A stretch of 32,000 nucleotides of DNA from an archaeon GW2011_AR10 (GCA_000830275.1 CP010424.1:690001-722000); one strand, 5' to 3'. Shown: positions 23,284-30,388, counted from the stretch's first letter. Numbers and translations: made by a program. Notes: generated from the letters alone by a model not told the origin.

Positions 23284-23964
23284 ATGCTGCACGAGCAACA
23301 CATTGAGGACATGATTGCAAAATTTGTAAAAGACAATGACGTTGTAAGCATTGGCACAAGCAAGCAGGGGGAAACATTCCTGAAAAAGCTTGCGCTTGCA
23401 TTGGAGCACGAGCACATCCCGATTAACCACATCGAATTCATTCCCACCTCAAACCATTTGGCCATAATTGCCGGGCAGTTGAAAATTCCGGTTACCTCGC
23501 TGAACGAAAAAGAAATTGATGTTGCAATCGAATTTGTTGACGCAATAGATGAGCACTTCAACTTCATTAAGCGGAATTCCTATTCGCTTGTCAGGGACAA
23601 AATGATTGCTCAGAGCGCTGCAGTGCTTGTAACTGTTGCAGAGGAAAAAAATTTTGTCAGCAGGCTAAAGGGAAGGATTCCGTTCGAGATAACCCCTTTT
23701 GGCTGGAAGCGCACTCTCAGCCAGCTAGAAATGTTTGGCAAGGCAAAGCTGAGAGAGGAAAACGGAAAGCCGTTAAAAACCGAAACAGGAAACTATTTAA
23801 TTGACGTTGACTGTGATGAAATTTACTCCATTGATGACCTTGACTACCAGGCAAAGAACATTCCGGGAGTGCTGGAAACCGGCATCTTCATCGGTTACGC
23901 TGACAAAATTGTGCTGCACAACAATAAAATAGTGGTTAAGAGCAGAACAGAGTTCAAACAGTGA
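23284..23964 (+). CDS. rpiA: Ribose-5-phosphate isomerase A-like protein (divergent)
   Basis: Collinear by eye with E. coli RpiA. VVSIGTSKQGETF aligns with IVGVGTGSTAAHF. FVDAIDE aligns with YVDGADE. FIKRNSYSLVRDKMI aligns with MIKGGGAALTREKII. TETGNYLIDV aligns with TDNGNVILDV. IPGVLETGIF aligns with IPGVVTVGLF. Confidence 0.7.
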   Translation: MLHEQHIEDMIAKFVKDNDVVSIGTSKQGETFLKKLALALEHEHIPINHIEFIPTSNHLAIIAGQLKIPVTSLNEKEIDVAIEFVDAIDEHFNFIKRNSYSLVRDKMIAQSAAVLVTVAEEKNFVSRLKGRIPFEITPFGWKRTLSQLEMFGKAKLREENGKPLKTETGNYLIDVDCDEIYSIDDLDYQAKNIPGVLETGIFIGYADKIVLHNNKIVVKSRTEFKQ

Positions 23965-23970
23965 TATCCT

Positions 23971-23990
23971 CCCACACCCAAAGGTGTGGG
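23971..23990 (+). terminator. GC-rich hairpin 7 nt after the rpiA-like stop
   Basis: CCCACACC-CAAA-GGTGTGGG, an 8-bp perfect stem. No clear oligo-T follows, so terminator function is uncertain. Confidence 0.3.
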
Positions 23991-24150
23991 CTTCCTACCA
24001 CACGGAAAAGTCAAAGGTAATTAACGAGACTTCATCCAACAACTGAAGATTTGGTTTTCGCCAGCCTTTTTTTAAAAGGCTGATAAGTTGCCTGCAGCAG
24101 CCAATACGCGGTTTTTTTAAAGCTTTAATGCCATGAAATCAATAGCATCT

Positions 24151-24277
24151 GCCGGTGTAGCTCAGCGGTTAGAGCGCTTGATTCCTGCACTAATTGATGC
24201 GGGAAAGCGAAACTCATAAGGCGCTGCTTAATGCTTGGGAAATCAAGTGGCCGAGAGTTCAAATCTCTCCACCGGCA
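24151..24277 (+). tRNA. tRNA-Met/Ile2: tRNA with anticodon CAU (elongator Met or Ile2) containing two introns: 24181..24211 (position 30/31) and 24219..24241 (position 37/38)
   Basis: Acceptor GCCGGTG/CACCGGC. D arm GCTC-AGCGGTTA-GAGC. T arm GAGAG-TTCAAAT-CTCTC. Discriminator A. Removing the two segments, each bounded by a drawable bulge-helix-bulge motif, gives a 73-nt tRNA with anticodon stem CTTGA/TCAAG and loop CTCATAA. It is not an initiator: G1-C72 is present and the anticodon stem has no GGG/CCC. Confidence 0.8.
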
Positions 24278-24315
24278 CTCCAAACATTTTTATTTTTCGC
24301 AGAGGTAAGTATTGC

Positions 24316-25191
24316 ATGGATAAATTAAATATTGCAACCAAGGGCGCATTATCACTTGTTTTTATTATTGCTTTTGCTGCAGTGGTTCTTTATATTCTTA
24401 ATAACAATTTATCTTCCAAAGAACTTGGATTGGATGGCAGGGTTCTGATTTATGCATTCGTTTTCCTGATTGGGGGAATTGCACTTTTTTATTTTGGCTT
24501 CAAGTGGCTGCGCGAAAAACTGTTAATTGAAAGCATTCCAACATCAAAAATCCGAAGCCTTGCAATGGGCATTGTGGAAGTTTTTGGTGAAGTGATTCCA
24601 GCAGAGGACAAGCTTTTGAGGAGCCCTTTCACTAACAAAGACTGTGTATACTATGAATACTCAATTCAGGAGCGCCGGGGCAGCGGGAAAAACTCGCGTT
24701 GGGTTACAATCAGGCATGACAAAAATTTTTACCATTTTTTTGTGGAAGATGAAACAGGAGAAGTTTTGGTTGACCCTGATGGGGCAAACATTGATATTCC
24801 ATTCACTTTCACTTACAATTCCGGCTTATTCAAGGACCCGCCAAAAGAAGTGCAGAATTTTTTGAAATCAGAGGGATTAAGCTTTGAAGGCTTTTTTGGA
24901 ATCAATAAAACAATGAAGTTCGAGGAAAAAGCATTGGTGCCTAACAAAAAAGTTTACATAATGGGAGAAGCCGGTGACAACCCCTTTGTGGAGGAAGCAA
25001 CCTCACAGAAAGGCGTGAAGGATGTTATGATCCAGAAAGGAAAAAACGAGAAGTTCTTTTACATTTCAACCAAGCCGGAAAAAGAGGTTTTGAAAGGAAT
25101 GGGCCTGAAAGCATACGTTGGAATTGCACTTGGAATCCTCTTCATTGTGGGTTCCTTGATTGTGATTTTTGCTTTCTTTAATTTCCTGTAA
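24316..25191 (+). CDS. GIDE-domain membrane protein (the usual LemA partner)
   Basis: Start moved to ATG 24316 (AGAGGT 9 nt upstream), because the track start 24235 lies inside the tRNA gene. Two N-terminal TM helices and a C-terminal TM flank the core domain. The core (IRSLAMGIVEVFGEVIPAEDKLLRSPFTNKDCVYYEYSIQERRG...WVTIRHDKNFYHFFVEDETGEVLVDPDGANI) matches my recollection of the GIDE (PF12483) pattern. Confidence 0.75.
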   Translation: MDKLNIATKGALSLVFIIAFAAVVLYILNNNLSSKELGLDGRVLIYAFVFLIGGIALFYFGFKWLREKLLIESIPTSKIRSLAMGIVEVFGEVIPAEDKLLRSPFTNKDCVYYEYSIQERRGSGKNSRWVTIRHDKNFYHFFVEDETGEVLVDPDGANIDIPFTFTYNSGLFKDPPKEVQNFLKSEGLSFEGFFGINKTMKFEEKALVPNKKVYIMGEAGDNPFVEEATSQKGVKDVMIQKGKNEKFFYISTKPEKEVLKGMGLKAYVGIALGILFIVGSLIVIFAFFNFL

Positions 25192-25240
25192 ACCAAACAA
25201 TTAAAAACAAATAAACTGCATTATATCTAAAGGTGCTGCA

Positions 25241-25813
25241 ATGGTCTGGGAATTTCTGTTGATTGGCGCGGTTGTTTTGGGGCTAATCGGCTTGGCGGTA
25301 ATCGCTTACATTATTCTTATTTACAACAGCTTGGTTCAATTGAGGAACAACATTGACAAATCGTGGGCAAACATTGACGTGCTGCTCACGCAAAGGGCCA
25401 GTGAATTGCCAAAGCTGCTGGACACCGTTAAAGGCTACATGAAATACGAGAAGAACGTTTTAACGGAAGTTACACGCGCAAGAACTGCTTTCATGGATGC
25501 CAAAAGTATTCAGGAGAAAGCCGACGCAGACAACTTTTTGACCGGTGCACTGAAAACATTGTTTGCTGTTGCGGAAAATTACCCTAACCTAAAAGCAAAT
25601 GAGAACTTCATGCAGTTGCAGGGAAGGATTTCTGGTTTGGAAAACGAAATCGCTGACAGGAGAGAATTCTACAACGACAGCGTGAACACTTTCAACATTC
25701 GCATCCAGCAAATCCCCCAGAACTTCATCGCAGGAATGCTGGGCTACCAGCGGAAAGAACTTTTCCAGGCAACCGCTGAAGAAACGAAGGACGTCAAAAT
25801 CAATTTTGAATAG
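25241..25813 (+). CDS. lemA: LemA family protein
   Basis: N-terminal TM helix followed by YNSLVQLRNNIDKSWANIDVLLTQRASELPKLLDTVKGYMKYEKNVLTEVTRAR...ENYPNLKANENFMQLQGRISGLENEIADRREFYNDSVNTFNIRIQQIPQNFIAGMLGY, the canonical LemA signature. AAAGGTG lies upstream of the ATG. Confidence 0.92.
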   Translation: MVWEFLLIGAVVLGLIGLAVIAYIILIYNSLVQLRNNIDKSWANIDVLLTQRASELPKLLDTVKGYMKYEKNVLTEVTRARTAFMDAKSIQEKADADNFLTGALKTLFAVAENYPNLKANENFMQLQGRISGLENEIADRREFYNDSVNTFNIRIQQIPQNFIAGMLGYQRKELFQATAEETKDVKINFE

Positions 25814-25952
25814 TTGCTTTAGGCAAGTGCCTGCAATAGTTTGCCATCATTGTGTCATCTAAATTCGTTATAAAAAAAACTGTTTTTTGGCTCAAATTTT
25901 TTTGAACCATTAAACTGCAGGGTTTTAAGGTTTTCTATTCTATTATAATGCA

Positions 25953-27167
25953 ATGAAACTAAACAGTTTTGCGGTTTTGTTTTTGTTGGCGGTAGTTGTA
26001 ATAGCCGGCTGCACTGCCCCTCCAAGTGGAAATGGTGGTGGAAACGGAGCAGGCGAAACTGCAACTGGAACACTTGTTTTGAGCATAACCGACCAGCCGA
26101 GCTATGCGGAAAATTACACTGCAATTAATGTAACAATTTCAGGCATTGAAGTGCATAAGGATGGCAACTGGCTTTCGTTCTTTGAAGGAGAGAAAACAGT
26201 TAACCTCCTTGAATTAAGCGGCGTGAAAGAGGTTATAGGGCAGGACGAACTTGAAGCAGGAAAGTACACCCAAATCAGGCTGGCTGTTTCAGAAGCGGAA
26301 CTGGTTAAAGCTGACGGCAGCAGTGAAGACGTGAAGGTGCCAAGCGAGGAAATAAAGCTCGTGAAAAGCTTTGACATTGCTGATGGAGAGCTTTTAGAGT
26401 TAGTGCTGGATTTTTCCCCTTACTCTGTTGTGGTTGCGGGAAACCAGTACATTTTGAAGCCAGTAATAAAAGTTCTTAGCACTGAGGAGTTCCAGGAAAA
26501 AGTTGAAAGGGAAGCAAACGAAAGAGGGGAAAGAGAGCGAAGAGAAAAGGAAGTCAAGATAGAGCAGCTTGTTTTCCCGGACACTGTTGAAGCAGGAGAA
26601 GAGTTTGAATTAAGGTGGATGGTTAAAGGCGGGAAAGAGGGGGTTGTTTCCCACACAGCAGCCCATTGGGATTTGGTTGGAGGCCATGACGCTGACATAA
26701 CTAAGTACGCTAACGTAACCGAAATACTGCAGGGAGAAACTCCAATGAATGCAGCGGTAACTGTAACTGCACCAGAAGAGGAAGGAACGCTTTACTTCAG
26801 GGCTCACGCAATAGTTGACGGTTCACATTATTACTTGGAAGAGCAGTCAATTGGGGTTACAGCAAATGAAGAGCCGCCTTCACCTGAATTAACGGAGTTC
26901 TCTGTTGAAGCTGATGACGACAAATTTGAGCCAAACAATGTAACTGTGCCAAAAGGCTCAACAGTCAAAATTACTTTTAATGTCTCAACTGACAACGTTT
27001 CCTGGGGTGGCCTGGACTTCAAGAGCACGCTGTTTGAAACAGAAACAGTCAATCCAGGAGAATCGACAACTGTTGAGTTCACTGCGCCGCAGAGCAACCT
27101 AATAATCAGCTCTTACTGGCCAAGCTCGAATGTTCTCAAGGCACAAATGACCGTGAAGGTTGAGTAA
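25953..27167 (+). CDS. Lipoprotein with a DUF4382-like N-domain and a cupredoxin-like C-domain lacking obvious Cu ligands
   Basis: Signal/lipobox MKLNSFAVLFLLAVVVIAGC. GTLVLSITDQP...INVTISGIEVHKDGNWLSF...VNLLELSG...LEAGKYTQIRLAVSEAELV...LVLDF...ILKPVIKV resembles DUF4382. C-terminal FEPNNVTVPKGSTVKITFNVS...VNPGESTTVEFTAP resembles a cupredoxin strand pattern but has no His/Cys/Met ligand set. Confidence 0.8.
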   Translation: MKLNSFAVLFLLAVVVIAGCTAPPSGNGGGNGAGETATGTLVLSITDQPSYAENYTAINVTISGIEVHKDGNWLSFFEGEKTVNLLELSGVKEVIGQDELEAGKYTQIRLAVSEAELVKADGSSEDVKVPSEEIKLVKSFDIADGELLELVLDFSPYSVVVAGNQYILKPVIKVLSTEEFQEKVEREANERGERERREKEVKIEQLVFPDTVEAGEEFELRWMVKGGKEGVVSHTAAHWDLVGGHDADITKYANVTEILQGETPMNAAVTVTAPEEEGTLYFRAHAIVDGSHYYLEEQSIGVTANEEPPSPELTEFSVEADDDKFEPNNVTVPKGSTVKITFNVSTDNVSWGGLDFKSTLFETETVNPGESTTVEFTAPQSNLIISSYWPSSNVLKAQMTVKVE

Positions 27168-27208
27168 AAAGCAATTCAAATTTAAATTTTTCTTTCTTTT
27201 TCTATTGA

Positions 27209-27649
27209 ATGAAATTCTACAAATTTCTTGTTCTGCTGGTTTTGGCTTTTATTCTGGTTTCAGGGTGCACGCAGATTAAGCCAACAGATGGAAGACAGGA
27301 GCCAGTTTACACTGAGGGAACATTGCCTCAAACAGCAGATGTCAAAACTATAACGGTTAAGGTTGTTGACGGAGCAAACGTTCTTGTTGAACAGCCGATA
27401 GAGCTTCCGAATGATTCAAGTGTTAGCGCATTGGATGTTACTGTTTTGGTTGCAGGAGCTGAAGTGCAACAATATGAGTTTGGAGTATTTGTTACCTCAG
27501 TTGCAGGAAAAGCAGCTGACACCGAGCATTACTGGGCGCTTTACATCAACGGGGAGTACGCTTCAAAGGGCGCTGACCAATATCCAATAACTGAAGTGAA
27601 CTCAATTGAATGGCGTTACGAGGCAGTGGAAGAATTTCCCCTAGAATAA
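27209..27649 (+). CDS. Lipoprotein with a DUF4430-like (transcobalamin-like) domain
   Basis: Lipobox LVLAFILVSGC. ITVKVVDG...SALDVTVLV...VQQYEFGVFVTSVAGKAADTEHYWALYINGEYASKGADQYPITEVNSIEWRY fits the DUF4430 pattern (fG.fv.si.G...yW.y.vNG..a..ga..y.l..gd.i.w.y). Confidence 0.75.
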   Translation: MKFYKFLVLLVLAFILVSGCTQIKPTDGRQEPVYTEGTLPQTADVKTITVKVVDGANVLVEQPIELPNDSSVSALDVTVLVAGAEVQQYEFGVFVTSVAGKAADTEHYWALYINGEYASKGADQYPITEVNSIEWRYEAVEEFPLE

Positions 27650-27865
27650 TTAAGTGGTTCTTGAAATTTTTTTCTTTGGCTCATCAACAGTGCCAAGATT
27701 GAATATTCCATCCAGTGTAACCGCGACAACCATTATCAGGATTCCAATGCCACTGAACGCAGTTGAAGCAACCGTGCCGGGAAACAGCATTTCTCCAATT
27801 ATGACTAGCACTAGGAAAAGCATGCCCAGGAAAAAACTTTTTGTCAGAAGACTGATTAAACCCAT
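27650..27865 (-). CDS. Small 2-TM membrane protein (71 aa), cassette copy 2, gene B
   Basis: Begins MGL like the 28238..28459 product. Starts 4 nt after the stop of the upstream 119-aa gene. Its stop abuts the stop of the convergent 27209..27649 gene (TAATTA). Confidence 0.55.
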   Translation of the reverse strand: MGLISLLTKSFFLGMLFLVLVIIGEMLFPGTVASTAFSGIGILIMVVAVTLDGIFNLGTVDEPKKKISRTT

Positions 27866-27869
27866 TTTT

Positions 27870-28229
27870 TTACCTCAATAAAAAGTTGAATATTAAGAAC
27901 AGTATGTAAAACTCCAGAGTGGCAATTATTACAAGATACTTGTTTAGCTTGGGAGTTGACTCTATAAAAGCAACTACTGCCAGCTTTGTTACATAGTACA
28001 ATAACAGGAACGCTGCTGAAGTCCAGAACAGCCCAGCAAGCACCTCCAAATCAGAAAAAGCCCACATAATCAACGCGAATAAAATTGTAAAGTAAAGGGT
28101 TCTTTTTCCGCCCATGAAATAAAACATTATTGCGTAAAAGGCGAAAAGCCAGAACAGGTTTCCGATAACTAAATTAATGAACCAGCCCAGGTCAAGGGCA
28201 CCCAAGTGAACTAAAGCCTCGTAAAACAT
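27870..28229 (-). CDS. 4-TM membrane protein (119 aa), cassette copy 2, gene A
   Basis: Clear paralog of the 28464..28829 product: EALVHLGALDLGWFINLVIGNLFWLFAF vs EAVLNLATLNIGWFIDLIFGNLFWVFAF. Confidence 0.7.
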   Translation of the reverse strand: MFYEALVHLGALDLGWFINLVIGNLFWLFAFYAIMFYFMGGKRTLYFTILFALIMWAFSDLEVLAGLFWTSAAFLLLYYVTKLAVVAFIESTPKLNKYLVIIATLEFYILFLIFNFLLR

Positions 28230-28237
28230 TTTCTCAC

Positions 28238-28459
28238 TTAACCCTTTTTGCCTCCGCTTACTGAATTGTTGTTGGACTTGGTCTCCATCCTAACAATATT
28301 CACTGCGAAGATGCAGAAAAACAGAAGCATGAACAGACCGCCAGTACTGATTGCACCTGCCTTAATTATGCCGGTTCCAGAACTGATGAGTATGAAAAAC
28401 AAGATAGATGCAGCAACTGCAATTACAATTCCGTCCAAAATGTTTTTAGCCAATCCCAT
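28238..28459 (-). CDS. Small 2-TM membrane protein (73 aa), cassette copy 1, gene B
   Basis: MGLAKNILDGIVIAVAASILFFILI...GGLFMLLFFCIFAVNIV. Starts 4 nt after the stop of the upstream 121-aa gene, the same spacing as in copy 2. Confidence 0.55.
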   Translation of the reverse strand: MGLAKNILDGIVIAVAASILFFILISSGTGIIKAGAISTGGLFMLLFFCIFAVNIVRMETKSNNNSVSGGKKG

Positions 28460-28463
28460 TTTA

Positions 28464-28829
28464 TCACGTCAAAATTATGTGGTAAATTGCAAGCGTTACA
28501 ATGAACAAAGTTAGGTTAACCAGCACTAACCTGCCCTTTAGCGCAGGAATTGTTGAGGCAAAGGTCAGCACCGCAACCCTGCTGACATAGTTGAATGCAA
28601 GGAAACCCGCAACTAATACAGTCAAGCCCCATATTGCAGGAGTGTCAACTGAAAGCCAAATCCAAAGAACAAGCATTATTGATGCAAGGAGCCAGTTCTT
28701 GCCACTGTAAAAGAATGCTGCGAGCGCAGCGAAAGCAAAAACCCAGAAAAGGTTTCCGAAAATTAGATCAATAAACCAGCCAATGTTAAGGGTAGCAAGA
28801 TTCAGCACTGCCTCAATGAAAATAGTCAA
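28464..28829 (-). CDS. 4-TM membrane protein (121 aa), cassette copy 1, gene A
   Basis: TTG start preceded by GGGGGGAGAG (strong SD-like sequence). Paralog of the 27870..28229 product. Confidence 0.7.
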   Translation of the reverse strand: MTIFIEAVLNLATLNIGWFIDLIFGNLFWVFAFAALAAFFYSGKNWLLASIMLVLWIWLSVDTPAIWGLTVLVAGFLAFNYVSRVAVLTFASTIPALKGRLVLVNLTLFIVTLAIYHIILT

Positions 28830-29100
28830 GCTCTCCCCCCTTCAGCCATAGAAGTGCCGGGGGCTAAGCCAGTTGAAATAATTCTGAGAAAGCCTCCGGC
28901 ACCTTCCGATAGCTTCCTTGAACTAAGGAGAACTAGGGAAATTCTATGACTAGTCATATATTTAGGCCTGTATATATTCTACATAATATACTATATAAAT
29001 GTAATTAATTAACCGAATTTGGTGATTTACTGGCTTCTGGCGGGCTTTTTAGAGGTTATAAAGTAATTTAAAGCAAATCTTGTATGATTACTTAATTGCT

Positions 29101-29175
29101 GCCCCGATAGTCTAGCCCGGCCAAGGACAATGCCCTCTCACGGCATAAACACGGGTTCAAATCCCGTTCGGGGCA
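29101..29175 (+). tRNA. tRNA-Glu: tRNA-Glu (anticodon CUC)
   Basis: Acceptor GCCCCGA/TCGGGGC. D arm GTCT-AGCCCGGCCAA-GGAC. Anticodon stem ATGCC/GGCAT with loop CTCTCAC. T arm ACGGG-TTCAAAT-CCCGT. Discriminator A. Confidence 0.92.
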
Positions 29176-29223
29176 CTCAAAACCATTTTAACTTGTTTAG
29201 GTTCTTTTCTTTTTTAGTGCAGG

Positions 29224-29254
29224 TTTTTTCTTTTCTTCCCAAGAAAAGAAAAAA
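29224..29254. repeat. 14-bp perfect pyrimidine/purine hairpin between tRNA-Glu and tRNA-Thr (T-tract, possible terminator)
   Basis: TTTTTTCTTTTCTT-CCC-AAGAAAAGAAAAAA. The T-rich arm resembles archaeal oligo-T termination signals downstream of tRNA-Glu. Confidence 0.35.
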
Positions 29255-29263
29255 AAGTGCGTT

Positions 29264-29336
29264 GCCTCTGTGGCTCAGTGGCTAGAGCAGCGGTTTTGTA
29301 AACCGCCGGTCGAGGGTTCGAATCCCTCCGGAGGCT
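29264..29336 (+). tRNA. tRNA-Thr: tRNA-Thr (anticodon UGU)
   Basis: Acceptor GCCTCTG/CGGAGGC. D arm GCTC-AGTGGCTA-GAGC. Anticodon stem GCGGT/ACCGC with loop TTTGTAA. T arm GAGGG-TTCGAAT-CCCTC. Discriminator T. Confidence 0.92.
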
Positions 29337-29431
29337 TCATGCACCGCAGTGGTTGCGACAAAAATTTAATAAAAATTTTTAAGGAAAAGGTGTCGGAAAA
29401 ACGCAGTTTAGTTCTATGAGAAGGTGCAATC

Positions 29432-29665
29432 TTGGAAATAGTTGAATCCTTTCACTGGCAGAAAAAGAAGAAATACAGGAAAAACATTGAGGAATACATG
29501 ATAGAGCATGCAATAATCAATTCAGAGCATAAAAAGGATTTGCATCACAAGAATGCAGTGAATGCCACTGCAAAAATACCTCAAACAGGAAAAACACTTA
29601 AGGTGGTATTCAGAAAAATTGGTGAGCAAAAGATAAAGTTAATAACCGCTTTCTACATAGATTAG
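29432..29665 (+). CDS. Small protein, possible DUF4258-like toxin of a type II TA pair (weak)
   Basis: 77-aa ORF (TTG start; alternative ATG at 29498) ending 1 nt before the next ORF. The C-terminal pattern GKTLKVVFRKIGEQKIKLITAFY resembles the DUF4258 end (l.vvv....i.viTay). The N-terminal HA..R motif is poorly conserved (EHAIINSEH). Confidence 0.5.
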   Translation: MEIVESFHWQKKKKYRKNIEEYMIEHAIINSEHKKDLHHKNAVNATAKIPQTGKTLKVVFRKIGEQKIKLITAFYID

Positions 29666-29666
29666 T

Positions 29667-29882
29667 GTGGTCATCATGAAGAAAGAAACATGGTATGACA
29701 AGGAAGAAGACATAGTCGGAATACAGGTTTCCAAGGGCGATTACTGGAAAAGCATTGAACTCCCCAATGGCGTGGTCATAGATATTTCGAAAGACTGGAA
29801 AATAATGGCTGTAGAGATTTCCAATGCCAAAAAAGTTTTCTCAGGTGAAACAAAGAAAGTCCTTCAAATGGCAACAGCCTGA
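29667..29882 (+). CDS. DUF2283-like small protein (putative antitoxin partner)
   Basis: WYDKEEDIVGIQVSKGDYWKSIELPNGVVIDISKDWKIMAVEISNAKK fits the DUF2283 pattern (YD.e.D.l.i.l......s.e....vviD.d..g.ivgiEi.nA). The likely real start is ATG 29676 (MKKETWYD). Confidence 0.65.
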   Translation: MVIMKKETWYDKEEDIVGIQVSKGDYWKSIELPNGVVIDISKDWKIMAVEISNAKKVFSGETKKVLQMATA

Positions 29883-29889
29883 ATTTATT

Positions 29890-29910
29890 GTTCGAATCTC
29901 TTCGGGGGCT
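29890..29910 (+). other. Degenerate copy of the 3' end of tRNA-Thr(UGU) (att-like direct repeat / tRNA remnant)
   Basis: GTTCGAATCTCTTCGGGGGCT vs tRNA 29316..29336 GTTCGAATCCCTCCGGAGGCT: 18/21 identical. No 5' half of a tRNA lies upstream of it. Confidence 0.5.
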
Positions 29911-29954
29911 TTTAAGAAAGCTTTTAAATAACAGGCAAGCATTATTTTAGTGAA

Positions 29955-30260
29955 ATGCCTATCAAAAAGCCGGTTAGAAGAGGACTGATTACTAGTTTAA
30001 AAGAGAAAACGCAGAAATTGCGGGAATGGAGGGCAAGCAAAAGAGAAAAAGCAGCCCTTAGAAAAAAACTTAAAATACAATTAGACAGAATCAATAAAAA
30101 CATATCAGTCCTTGAAGGCCGGGTATATGATCAAGAACATCATCCGGCTTATACCGGGTCTGTCCATGTTGAAGAAGCAAAGGACACCATAAGACAACTT
30201 AAGAAACAAAAAGGGTTTTTAGAAAAGCAGATAAAGCAGTTAAAACAATCAAAAAAATAA
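29955..30260 (+). CDS. Basic coiled-coil protein (101 aa), hypothetical
   Basis: ORF rich in Lys/Arg/Glu heptads; no recognised family. Confidence 0.5.
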   Translation: MPIKKPVRRGLITSLKEKTQKLREWRASKREKAALRKKLKIQLDRINKNISVLEGRVYDQEHHPAYTGSVHVEEAKDTIRQLKKQKGFLEKQIKQLKQSKK

Positions 30261-30388
30261 AGACTAAAGGAACCCTTAAACGCATTCCAATTGGTTCTTT
30301 TGGCCAGAGGAATAAAAACTTTTAATTTAAGGCAGATTTAGGCCGTAGTTTTAAAAACGTTATTTAATTCATTAAGGTAGGTGCCCCA

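Noticed and set aside
24151-24277. Reading this tRNA as tRNA-Arg(CCU) with a single 54-nt intron in the anticodon loop
   Set aside because: No 3-nt bulge / 4-bp helix / 3-nt bulge can be drawn at those junctions, and position 37 would be G for an A-starting codon. The two-intron solution gives two good BHB motifs and the canonical CUCAUAA loop.
24235-24315. Track start of the 318-aa ORF (MGNQVAESSNLSTGTPNIFIFRRGKYC...)
   Set aside because: The first ~14 codons overlap the 3' part of the tRNA gene (T arm and acceptor). ATG 24316 has AGAGGT 9 nt upstream and begins the TM-containing protein.
28955-29030. Very AT-rich tract (TATATTTAGG...TATATATTCTACATAATATACTATATAAATG) as a possible origin or mobile-element end
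   Set aside because: It lies in a 271-nt divergent region between a minus-strand operon start and tRNA-Glu. It has no flanking repeats or initiator gene, so it is most simply a set of promoter TATA boxes.
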